Below, one piece after another: positions 8,427-16,175 of a stretch of 32,000 bases of DNA. Position numbers and translations under genes: made by a program. The stretch is taken from positions 30,001-62,000 of the forward strand of contig NC_013926.1 of assembly GCF_000025665.1 (NCBI RefSeq), given 5' to 3'. The notes below the pieces were generated by a model. The model saw only the letters and a program-made list of their open reading frames with translations. It ran no database searches and had not been told where the DNA came from. This DNA is from Aciduliprofundum boonei T469 (GTDB lineage Archaea; Thermoplasmatota; Thermoplasmata; Thermoplasmatales; Aciduliprofundaceae). Within the stretch, counting starts at the first letter, position 1; every line of letters starts with the position of its first letter.

Positions 8427-9146
8427 ATGATAGTGATTAATGAGCATCTTGAAGAACTTGAAAAATACTGTATTAAAGATCCCACTCTCCACCCGTTCAC
8501 CCTATGGGATTTGAGAAACGAGAGAGAAGAAACAGATTTCTATGTGGATTGGGATAATGGTATAAGGGGATATATGCTTATTTACCGGGGAGCTGCAATA
8601 CCCAGCGTTATACTCCATGGCTCAAAGAGCTCAATGGAAAATCTACTCCAATATTTTGATGAGGAAAAAGCGATAATTCATCTTCCTTGGAATAGACGGG
8701 ATATTTGGAAAAGAGATGATAAAATTTACAAAATTTATATTATGGCAGCAACTCCAAAATTCTATTTCCTTGATGGTGAGGTAAAAGAGGTAAAAGATTC
8801 TAAAATCCTTTCGTATTTATTTGAAAATCCAGAATACCTGGTAGAGAAGGCAAAAACATACGCAATAATAAAGGATGGTTTTGCTATAAGCTCAGCCTCT
8901 GCGCTAGTTTATCTTCCAGAAGTTTGGGTTTTAGGTGCAGTTATAACAAAAAAAGAATATCGCAATATGGGATTAGCGAGTAGAGTTATCGGACATTTTA
9001 TGAGCATGGCATATCAGAGCACAAAGAATGTGGCTCTTTGGGTGAGAAGCGATAATCATATTGCCATTCATCTCTACGAAAAGTATGGATTTAAAGTAAA
9101 AAGAGAGGATGCTTGGATAAATGTTAGTGTGGATATTCTTCCATAA
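8427..9146 (+). CDS. GNAT-family N-acetyltransferase with an uncharacterised N-terminal domain
   Basis: 239 aa. The C-terminus VLGAVITKKEYRNMGLASRVIGHFMSMAY...VRSDNHIAIHLYEKYGFK matches GNAT motifs A and B. Confidence 0.65.
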   Translation: MIVINEHLEELEKYCIKDPTLHPFTLWDLRNEREETDFYVDWDNGIRGYMLIYRGAAIPSVILHGSKSSMENLLQYFDEEKAIIHLPWNRRDIWKRDDKIYKIYIMAATPKFYFLDGEVKEVKDSKILSYLFENPEYLVEKAKTYAIIKDGFAISSASALVYLPEVWVLGAVITKKEYRNMGLASRVIGHFMSMAYQSTKNVALWVRSDNHIAIHLYEKYGFKVKREDAWINVSVDILP

Positions 9147-9223
9147 TGTATGCTTTTTGTCATATTCCATAATTTTCAATTTTATGCGGTAAAATGGTAA
9201 TTTTTCACGAAAATTTTAAATAG

Positions 9224-9252
9224 TTGTTAGTCATATAATTGTCTGACAACAA
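9224..9252. promoter_or_regulatory. Imperfect palindrome TTGTT(A)GTCA-N10-TGACAACAA overlapping the predicted transcription start of the 9272 ORF
   Basis: Read directly from the sequence. A TATA-like TTTTAAATA lies at 9214-9222, so the dyad sits where archaeal repressors commonly bind. Confidence 0.3.
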
Positions 9253-9271
9253 TATGACAGGAGGGTTAAAG

Positions 9272-9469
9272 ATGGGAAATGAAATTCCAAAAATGCCGAA
9301 AAATGTGGAGAAATGGTTGAAGAAACATACGGTTGAAGACCTTGAAGCTGCACTCTGGGAGCTTAAGGGTAAGAAGGCGGAGGCCCTTGCTGAAATACTT
9401 AGCATTCTTTACGAGATAAATGATGATCTTCTCGGTACCGAGATACCTGAAATAAAAGCCCTAGCGTAA
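9272..9469 (+). CDS. Small hypothetical protein (65 aa, helical, acidic C-terminus)
   Basis: ATG 9272 is preceded by AGGAGGG (9259-9265). It is in frame with the track ORF 9239..9469. I recognise no family. Confidence 0.45.
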   Translation: MGNEIPKMPKNVEKWLKKHTVEDLEAALWELKGKKAEALAEILSILYEINDDLLGTEIPEIKALA

Positions 9470-9533
9470 TTTTTCCTTTACTTTTTATTTAGAAATATTT
9501 TTGTAGTGGAATTTCATAAGGGCATTGTACCAA

Positions 9534-9606
9534 GCCACCGTAGCTCAGCCGGTGGAGCGCCACCTTGGTAAGGTGGAGGTCCCGGGTTCGATTCCCGGCG
9601 GTGGCT
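9534..9606 (+). tRNA. tRNA-Thr (anticodon GGU)
   Basis: I folded a 73-nt cloverleaf by hand: acceptor GCCACCG/CGGTGGC, D arm GCTC/GAGC, anticodon stem CCACC/GGTGG with loop TTGGTAA, T arm CCGGG-TTCGATT-CCCGG, discriminator T. There is no encoded CCA and no intron. Confidence 0.93.
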
Positions 9607-9609
9607 CTG

Positions 9610-10266
9610 ATGTTCAAATCAAAGAAGGAGAAGGAGGCAATCGAGAATTATAGGAAACACGCTTCTGTTGCCCTCCAATGTATGGATCTTTTCATAAAAG
9701 AAGTTCAGGCACTTTTGGATGATGACTGGGAAGAAATGTCAAAATTAGAGAGAGAAATATATGAAAAGGAGAGGGAAGGGGATGCTTTGAGAAGAAAAAA
9801 TGAATACCTCTTCTCTGAGGGGTTGCTATTCCCTGCGGATAGAATGACTTTCATAAACCTCTCAGAGCAGATAGATAAGGTGATTGATAAAATTCAGCAA
9901 GTTAGCAGAATAATCGGTTTAAGAAAACCATCTAAAGAGGCAATTGAATTTCTTAAAAATAGCCAAATTATGGATTATCTAAAAGTAACTCAAAAAAGCG
10001 TGAAAACTATGTGTGAATCTGCAATATCTCTTCTTGATAATGTTCACAAAGCCGTAGAAAAGGCGCATGAAGTGGAAAAATACGAGAGTCAAGCGGACGA
10101 ACTTAAATTAGAACTTTTAAGGAAATTATACGGAGAGGAAAACAGTATAGATGTGCTCTCCATCCTTCAGCTTGAAAAGATGATTCTGTGGATAGATGCC
10201 ATAAGCGACAAGGCAGAAGATGCTTCGGATGTTATAATTCTCATAACCGCTAAAATGCACCCATGA
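9610..10266 (+). CDS. DUF47 / PhoU-like putative phosphate-transport regulator
   Basis: 218 aa counted from ATG 9610. The track start at 9565 would read through the tRNA. YEKEREGDALRR and ISDKAEDASDVI match the two E..D repeats of the PhoU_div/DUF47 family. A PiT transporter is adjacent. Confidence 0.7.
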   Translation: MFKSKKEKEAIENYRKHASVALQCMDLFIKEVQALLDDDWEEMSKLEREIYEKEREGDALRRKNEYLFSEGLLFPADRMTFINLSEQIDKVIDKIQQVSRIIGLRKPSKEAIEFLKNSQIMDYLKVTQKSVKTMCESAISLLDNVHKAVEKAHEVEKYESQADELKLELLRKLYGEENSIDVLSILQLEKMILWIDAISDKAEDASDVIILITAKMHP

Positions 10267-11167
10267 GTAGATAGGCTACCCCAAATGCCAACATAGGGGC
10301 AAGAATCCAAGAGAGAGCAAGATTCTTTATTGTATTCTTGTTTATTTCCCTATATCCTTTAACAAACCCTGTACCCACAATTCCACCTATAACTGCCTGG
10401 GTCATGGATACTGGAAGATGCAGTTGAGTGAAAAGTTCTACTATTAAAGCACCCCCAAGCAAAGCGGCAAATGCTCTTGGTGGATCCAAATATGTTATAT
10501 TTTTCCCCACTGTTCTAACAGTTCTTTTACCAAACAGAAGTGTACCAAAGAACGCAGATATTCCTGAGATTACATATACATAATAATTTGCAGTTAAGGA
10601 GGCAATTAGTCCAATGGTATTTGCTCCAAGGGTGTATGCGATGAATGCAGCACCGAAGTAAAGAGAGACGGTATAGAACTTACTCAGGGAGAATAGATGC
10701 ATACCCTCTGCCACTCTTACTATTATGTGGTAAATTATGTATGCAAAAATAAGTCCTGCAAGAAAGGTTATTATCCAAGAAAAAACCACTAAAGATAGAA
10801 ATGGGTAATTTATAACAAGACTATAAAATAAAGCAACACCTATAACCGCTCCGACCATAATCTGGGAAGCAGATAGGGGCATTGATAAATAGGTGAAAAC
10901 AAATAGGAGAATTAATGTGGTTATGAGAACAATTATAGACATAAAAGCGCTTAGCTCTCCTTCAATTATGCCTCCCCCGATGGCTCCACTCATCTTCCAT
11001 CCTTCTAAAATAACACCAAGCATAACAAAGGTTCCAGAGATTATGGCGGCTTTATTATATGAAGTAATATCAGAGCCATACAGAGCACCTACACTATTGG
11101 CAGAGTTATTTGCAGCGATTATAAAGCTAACGAGTGCCGCCAAGAAAATGTAAATCCACGCAAACAT
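10250..11167 (-). CDS. PiT-family inorganic phosphate (or sulfate) transporter
   Basis: 305 aa and polytopic. The N-terminal AANNSANSVGALYGS resembles the GANDVAN signature of PHO4/PiT. It partners with a DUF47 gene. Confidence 0.75.
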   Translation of the reverse strand: MFAWIYIFLAALVSFIIAANNSANSVGALYGSDITSYNKAAIISGTFVMLGVILEGWKMSGAIGGGIIEGELSAFMSIIVLITTLILLFVFTYLSMPLSASQIMVGAVIGVALFYSLVINYPFLSLVVFSWIITFLAGLIFAYIIYHIIVRVAEGMHLFSLSKFYTVSLYFGAAFIAYTLGANTIGLIASLTANYYVYVISGISAFFGTLLFGKRTVRTVGKNITYLDPPRAFAALLGGALIVELFTQLHLPVSMTQAVIGGIVGTGFVKGYREINKNTIKNLALSWILAPMLAFGVAYLLMGAF

Positions 11168-11200
11168 TTCCCAAAGGAAAGAAGTTTTGATATTTCAACT

Positions 11201-12022
11201 TTATGAATCTTTAACGAAGAACATAACATACTCGTGCTTGAAAATATAATAACCATCCTTAAGGGCACGATAGCGCCACAGTGCATACTGTCCCCTCTTC
11301 CCCCTGTTTTCTTCTATATTTTTCACAACTATGCTCTTAAGTTTAAAACCATTTTTCATAACGGAATTCATACAATAGAATCCAAGAGGTACCCATTCTC
11401 CCTTGCTGTACTTATCTCCAATTACGAGCACAAGGTATCTTCCTTCATCCAAATGTTGAGATGATAAATAAACGACTCTTTCAAATCTCTCCAAAAACTC
11501 GTTAAGTGTTTTGGAGTTTGATAGGTCCCCATTATTTTTAGAAAACTTTATTATATCCCAGTACGGTGGATGTATAATTACCATCTGAAAATTTGGGAGA
11601 TCTTCATATGTCTCCTCTTTTGTAGAATCTCCGATGATAATATCAGTATAAACATTGTAAGGGTTCTCCTCCTGTTCAATAAGTTCTCTTGCCATATTTG
11701 CGGTATTCTCATCGATTTCAATCCCTATTGCGTTTCTTCCAAGCCGCTTTGCTTCAATTAGAGTTGTCCCAAGGCCCGCAAAGGTATCCAAAACCCATTC
11801 CCCGCGCTTTGTAAAACGGAGCATGGCTTGACGAGGAATTTGCGGTATAAAATTACCATGATACTTTGGGGTATGCATACCCGAATTATCTCTCGAGGGA
11901 AAGAGCCAAAGGGAATCCGTTATAATTTCATCGTAATTTTTCCAATTCCTCAAATCCAAATCGTTGATCTTCACAAATGCAGAATATGTAGGGTGGATAA
12001 AAAATTTTATGGGTAAATCCAA
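11201..12022 (-). CDS. N6-adenine/N4-cytosine-type (D/N/H)PPY SAM-dependent methyltransferase; nucleic-acid substrate unknown; no restriction partner
   Basis: 273 aa. TDSLWLFPSR..H..FIPQIPRQAMLRFTKRGEWVLDTFAGLGTTLIEAKRLGRNAIGIEID (motif I, FxGxG) precedes VIIHPPYWD (motif IV). Confidence 0.65.
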   Translation of the reverse strand: MDLPIKFFIHPTYSAFVKINDLDLRNWKNYDEIITDSLWLFPSRDNSGMHTPKYHGNFIPQIPRQAMLRFTKRGEWVLDTFAGLGTTLIEAKRLGRNAIGIEIDENTANMARELIEQEENPYNVYTDIIIGDSTKEETYEDLPNFQMVIIHPPYWDIIKFSKNNGDLSNSKTLNEFLERFERVVYLSSQHLDEGRYLVLVIGDKYSKGEWVPLGFYCMNSVMKNGFKLKSIVVKNIEENRGKRGQYALWRYRALKDGYYIFKHEYVMFFVKDS

Positions 12023-12936
12023 GTACCTGTTTTTCCATCTAAGGCATCTTGAACTTTCTCTGGCGAGGTTATAAGTACCTCTTTTCCACCATTATCGAGA
12101 TAAAGGACGGAAGCGAGAATCTTTGGATACATACTTCCCTTCTTGAAATGCCCCTCTTCCATATACTTCTTCGCTTCTTGCACACTCATCTCATCTATTC
12201 CTCTCTGCTCTGGCTTTCCAAAATTCAAATACACTTTTTCAACGCTTGTAAGAATAATTAATCTATCCGCCCCTATGTCCCTAGCAAGAACTGCAGAGGC
12301 AAGATCCTTATCTATGACCCCTTCCACTCCAAAGAGCTTTCTACCTTTCCTTATAACGGGTATCCCTCCACCCCCAACAGCTATGACACCAAACCCCTTC
12401 TCCAAGAGCTCCGCTATTACATCCTTTTCAACAATCTCCAGGGGCATGGGAGATGGTACAACGCGCCTCCATCCTCGGCCAGAGTCTTCAATAACATGCC
12501 AACCTTTCTCTTTTGCTAATCTCTTCGCCTCTTCCTCCGTATAGAATGGACCAATGGGCTTTGTGGGGTTCTCAAATGCAGGGTCATTCTCATCAACGAT
12601 GACTCTGGTAAGTACTGTTGCAATATCTTTGTTTACACCTTTCTCCTCTAAAACATTCTGAAAACTCTGCTCAAGCATATATCCTATTTCACCCTGGCTC
12701 ATAGCACCACATATATCAAGGGGCATTGGAGGAACTACATTCTTAGCAGTCTCATTCTGGAGAAGTATAGCACCAACCTGAGGACCATTACCATGGGTAA
12801 CAACAACCTTGAATTTTTGAAATAGGGGATAAATATTCTCAGCAGTTTGCCTGGCACGAAGCATTTGCTCTTCAGCAGTACCTCTATCTCCTGGCCTTAG
12901 AAGAGCATTACCACCAACTGCAAGCACTACTTTCAT
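12007..12936 (-). CDS. arcC: Carbamate kinase
   Basis: 309 aa. MKVVLAVGGNALL...VVVTHGNGPQVG...IAVGGGGIPV are canonical carbamate kinase motifs. Confidence 0.9.
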   Translation of the reverse strand: MKVVLAVGGNALLRPGDRGTAEEQMLRARQTAENIYPLFQKFKVVVTHGNGPQVGAILLQNETAKNVVPPMPLDICGAMSQGEIGYMLEQSFQNVLEEKGVNKDIATVLTRVIVDENDPAFENPTKPIGPFYTEEEAKRLAKEKGWHVIEDSGRGWRRVVPSPMPLEIVEKDVIAELLEKGFGVIAVGGGGIPVIRKGRKLFGVEGVIDKDLASAVLARDIGADRLIILTSVEKVYLNFGKPEQRGIDEMSVQEAKKYMEEGHFKKGSMYPKILASVLYLDNGGKEVLITSPEKVQDALDGKTGTWIYP

Positions 12937-13078
12937 AGCAGGGGAAAAGCGGCGATTTATATTAATTTTTCACATTAAATAAACACTCCAACGATGCTTT
13001 ATGCTTAATTCTGATTATATTTCATTACAAAAAATTTTATATTCATTAAAGCTCTTTATTCTAAGAGGTGAGCCAAAA

Positions 13079-13414
13079 ATGAAAAGAAAGGTGATTTTGC
13101 TAGATATAATATGGCTCTTAATATCCGCTTTCCTAATTTATATGGCTTTAGAAATAGACGCTGCCCTCTCATTCATCATTTCTCTATTCTTCTTTGGTGC
13201 TTCCTATCTATTTTCTGGAATCTCCGATTATGGTAGAGGAAATCCATATAAGGGAATGATGCTGAGTCCGCAACCCAATGAAATTGAGTATTCATCCTAC
13301 AAAATGGCATATGAAAAAGAGATGGGAAAAAAGAATAAGGGAAAAGTAAACTGGCTAATACTCATCTTGGGTGTAATCACTTTCGTATTTACCTTTTACT
13401 TGATACTCTTTTAA
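13079..13414 (+). CDS. Small hypothetical membrane protein (3 predicted TM helices)
   Basis: ATG 13079 is preceded by AGAGGTGA. The product MKRKVILLDIIWLLISAFLIYMAL... has hydrophobic segments at both ends. I recognise no family. Confidence 0.45.
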   Translation: MKRKVILLDIIWLLISAFLIYMALEIDAALSFIISLFFFGASYLFSGISDYGRGNPYKGMMLSPQPNEIEYSSYKMAYEKEMGKKNKGKVNWLILILGVITFVFTFYLILF

Positions 13415-13416
13415 AT

Positions 13417-14361
13417 CTACAACTTTTCAAGCACACTTGTAATCAGGAGAGGAAGTAGAACGGTCGCATCTCCCTCAACAGTAACATATTTTGCATCCTC
13501 TCGCACCTTACCCCAGGAAACTGCCTCTCGCACCCTCGCTCCGCTAAGAGAGCCGTCCCATTCAACTGCGGTAGTAATATAAACTGCATAATCAAGCCCA
13601 TCGCGAAACTGATTCCACCAGATTGTATGGTGCTTGCTTATTCCTCCTCCTATCATTAACGCTCCCGTTTTCTTCGCATCAAATATTATATCAGCAAGCT
13701 CGTGCTCGTCCTTCAAAACATCCACACGAAAATCTGGATGCATCTCTCTGAAAGACCATAATTGAGAGCCAAATGAGCCATCTGTTATTCCGGGCACATA
13801 TATCGGAATTTTGTTCTTGTGGGCCCAATAGAGAATTGAATCCTCATTGTTCATTCTCTTTGCAAATTCATCAATGAGCTCTCTTCCACCCCATTCTTTC
13901 TTCTCCTTGTAGAGTTCTTCGAGTATGGGCATCATAAAATTCTCCATTACAACCCCATAGGATTCATTTGGAACCAAGACATTGCCAAGGCGATTTACAC
14001 CTTCTCTATGCAAAGCGGTATCATCCATAAGAAATGAGCCATGATAGTAATTTTTGAAACTTCTGGCGATATCATGGTCAAGCATACCACATGTGGTAAT
14101 AATAACATCAACCAGTTTTCTCCTTACTATCTCTTTAATAACTCCCCTCGTACCGGTGGCAATTATGCAAGCTGGAAAGGATAAAAAGGTTGTATTTTCC
14201 TCTTTGAACATCTTTAATAGAATCTTCTCTGCCACAGCGAGATGCTTAGCCACAAATCCACCAGAGCTGTAAAGCTCGTCCATCAACTCTCCAGCAGTCA
14301 TACCCTCATGAATTTTTATATCCTTCACAGGAATATGCTCCTCAATATTCATTTTATCCAC
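13417..14361 (-). CDS. dys: Deoxyhypusine synthase
   Basis: 314 aa. FLSFPACIIATGTRGVIKEIVRRKLVDVIITTCGMLDHDI and GGGISKHH are typical DHS motifs. Confidence 0.88.
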   Translation of the reverse strand: MDKMNIEEHIPVKDIKIHEGMTAGELMDELYSSGGFVAKHLAVAEKILLKMFKEENTTFLSFPACIIATGTRGVIKEIVRRKLVDVIITTCGMLDHDIARSFKNYYHGSFLMDDTALHREGVNRLGNVLVPNESYGVVMENFMMPILEELYKEKKEWGGRELIDEFAKRMNNEDSILYWAHKNKIPIYVPGITDGSFGSQLWSFREMHPDFRVDVLKDEHELADIIFDAKKTGALMIGGGISKHHTIWWNQFRDGLDYAVYITTAVEWDGSLSGARVREAVSWGKVREDAKYVTVEGDATVLLPLLITSVLEKL

Positions 14362-15365
14362 CCCAAAGCCCTCGGTATATCATCGTTCTTCTCAATATAA
14401 TCACGAATGGGTTTTAAAATTCTAATTAACTCATTAGCAACTGCGTTCTTCAAATCCATCGGATGAAGTTCGCCCTCCCCATATATTTTTTCAAGTTCTT
14501 CGTAAGAGTTTATAACCAAATCTCCACCCCATTTTTCTGGGCGAGGTATCACAAGCTTCTCAATGTAATAGGCGAAGAGAACATGCTTGGCAATTTGCAA
14601 AACAGGATTACCCTCAATTTCAGGTGGACAAAACGCTTTTTTCATCTTTCTTCTTATATCATCCTCGGTATCTTCAACAAATATTGCGCTGCCTTCTTTA
14701 CTCTTGCTCATCTTCGCCTCAGCGGGGTCCATTCTACCAGCACCTTTCAAACTTGCAAGAAGAACTGTATGAATTGCTACCGGCTTCTTGTATCCTAATT
14801 TATCCGCCAAGTCCCTTGCCAGCATATGTGCATGTCTCTGGTCCATACCTCCAAGAGCAATATCAAGCTCCATATCAAAAATGTCCGAGACCTGCATAAA
14901 TGGATAGATTATTTTGGAAGAATCAAGCTCAGCTTCATCCTCTTTGCGCCCCATAATTGTCATCGCTCTCTTCACTCTCTTTAATGTGGTCTTCTTTGCA
15001 ACCCTGATAACCTTTTCCCAGTACTCTTTTTTGCTAACGAGTTCATCAGCCCATATGTACCTTGGTCTAATACCCAATGCTGAGAAAACTCCTTTCATAT
15101 ACTCTCCTGCCAACCTGATCTTCTCAATATCTCCCCCGAACTTATCGTTAATCATGGCATGCCAATCCGCCAAAAAAACAATCATGTCTACTCCATTATC
15201 CATCAAATCCTTAACCTTGTTTCCTATAATCAACCCAGTGCCAAGATGAACCCTGCCAGAGGGCTCAAGACCCACATACCCCTTAGGATTCCCCTTTAGG
15301 GCATTTTCAAATTCCTCAAGAGTTATAACTTCCTCCACATTGCGCATAATTTCCCAAGAGAGCAT
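14349..15365 (-). CDS. tyrS: Tyrosyl-tRNA synthetase (archaeal short type); TrpRS is the less likely alternative
   Basis: 338 aa class I aaRS. YVGLEPSGRVHLGTG sits in the HIGH-region position, and ADWHAMINDK and KMSKSK are present. The size and KMSKS fit TyrRS. Confidence 0.72.
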   Translation of the reverse strand: MLSWEIMRNVEEVITLEEFENALKGNPKGYVGLEPSGRVHLGTGLIIGNKVKDLMDNGVDMIVFLADWHAMINDKFGGDIEKIRLAGEYMKGVFSALGIRPRYIWADELVSKKEYWEKVIRVAKKTTLKRVKRAMTIMGRKEDEAELDSSKIIYPFMQVSDIFDMELDIALGGMDQRHAHMLARDLADKLGYKKPVAIHTVLLASLKGAGRMDPAEAKMSKSKEGSAIFVEDTEDDIRRKMKKAFCPPEIEGNPVLQIAKHVLFAYYIEKLVIPRPEKWGGDLVINSYEELEKIYGEGELHPMDLKNAVANELIRILKPIRDYIEKNDDIPRALGWIK

Positions 15366-15435
15366 AAAAGGGCGATGAATTAAAGATATAAAGAATTTGT
15401 GAAAAGTATATTTGCTCTTGGTCCATGTGGAATTT

Positions 15436-16143
15436 ATGCAGATTCATATTGTATTCGTTGAGCCACAATTCACAGGCAATATAGGATTCTTAGCTCGCAC
15501 AATGGCCAATTTTGGATTCAAGAATTTAATATTGGTAAATCCTCCAGAGTTGGATGAGGACGCTTATCGTTTTTCAAAGCACGCAAGATACATAATTGAA
15601 AATGCGGAGATATTGAACAACTTTGAAGAATTGAGGAGATCTCTTGATTATTTAGTTGCTACAAGTGGAGTTAGTACAAAATCACCTAAAAAATTTAAAA
15701 GGATAGCCCTAACACCCAGGGAATTTGCCCAGAAGGTTTGGAATTTCTCAGGGAATATTGGGATAGTGTTTGGTCGCGAGAATTATGGCCTTTACAATGA
15801 GGAGATTGAAAAATGCGATTCATTAATCACTATTCCAACCAGCGAGGAATATCCAATCATGAACATCACACATGCGGCAGCCATTATTCTCTACGAGATT
15901 TTTATGGAGAAGAGGGAGGAAGAAGGTATGCCCTTGGCGGAGGAATTTGAATTAAATCTCTTAAATGAGAGATTCTCAGAGCTTTTAGGACTCATAAATT
16001 TCCCAGATCATAAAAGGAAAAATACAGAAGTTATGTTCCGCAGGATAATTGGCAGAGCGATGCTTACAAAATGGGAGTATCACAGCATGATGGGGGTTAT
16101 GAAGAGAATAATTTACGCCATACAAGCCAAGGATGATTATTAA
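15436..16143 (+). CDS. SpoU/TrmH-family RNA 2'-O-methyltransferase (TrmJ-like)
   Basis: IVFVEPQFTGNIGFLARTMANFGFKNLILVNP, IVFGRENYGL and the ITIP....PIMNITHAAAIILYE knot motifs are present. I prefer ATG 15436 over the track's TTG 15412. Confidence 0.8.
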   Translation: MQIHIVFVEPQFTGNIGFLARTMANFGFKNLILVNPPELDEDAYRFSKHARYIIENAEILNNFEELRRSLDYLVATSGVSTKSPKKFKRIALTPREFAQKVWNFSGNIGIVFGRENYGLYNEEIEKCDSLITIPTSEEYPIMNITHAAAIILYEIFMEKREEEGMPLAEEFELNLLNERFSELLGLINFPDHKRKNTEVMFRRIIGRAMLTKWEYHSMMGVMKRIIYAIQAKDDY

Positions 16144-16148
16144 AATCT

Positions 16149-16172
16149 AAATATTAATTCGCATTTGTGTAA
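16149..16172 (+). promoter_or_regulatory. Promoter/operator copy 1: AAATATTAATTCGCATTTGTGTAA (TATA-like part plus conserved downstream box)
   Basis: This 24-mer ends 3 nt before ATG 16176 and is identical to 17343-17366. The TATA-like AAATATTAA lies about 25 nt upstream of the ATG, implying a leaderless mRNA. Confidence 0.6.
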
Positions 16173-16175
16173 AAA

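Noticed and set aside
9534-9606. Possibility that the two tRNA genes (here and 26475-26548) mark integrated mobile elements
   Set aside because: I saw no integrase, transposase or phage-like genes flanking either tRNA. By eye there is no direct repeat of the tRNA 3' end nearby; only a 6-nt CCCGCC match occurs at ~26640. The flanking genes are housekeeping.
9565-9609. N-terminal extension of the DUF47 ORF (MVRWRSRVRFPAVAL...)
   Set aside because: These codons are the 3' half of tRNA-Thr read as protein. The real start is ATG 9610.
11201-12022. A restriction-modification system around the methyltransferase
   Set aside because: The neighbours are carbamate kinase and a PiT transporter. No endonuclease-like ORF or specificity subunit is present, so I report only an orphan methyltransferase.
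12143-12544. 133-aa plus-strand ORF, and similar antisense ORFs at 2240..2566, 3688..4020, 4993..5478, 6196..6549, 14463..15249, 22022..22318, 22592..22888, 24478..24921, 31018..31401
   Set aside because: Each lies inside and antisense to, or out of frame with, a gene with clear family motifs (carbamate kinase, M20 hydrolase, eS19, aIF6, methyltransferase, TyrRS, archaellin, dehydrogenase, HisRS, SHMT). All are Ser/Leu/Ile/Pro-rich shadow translations.
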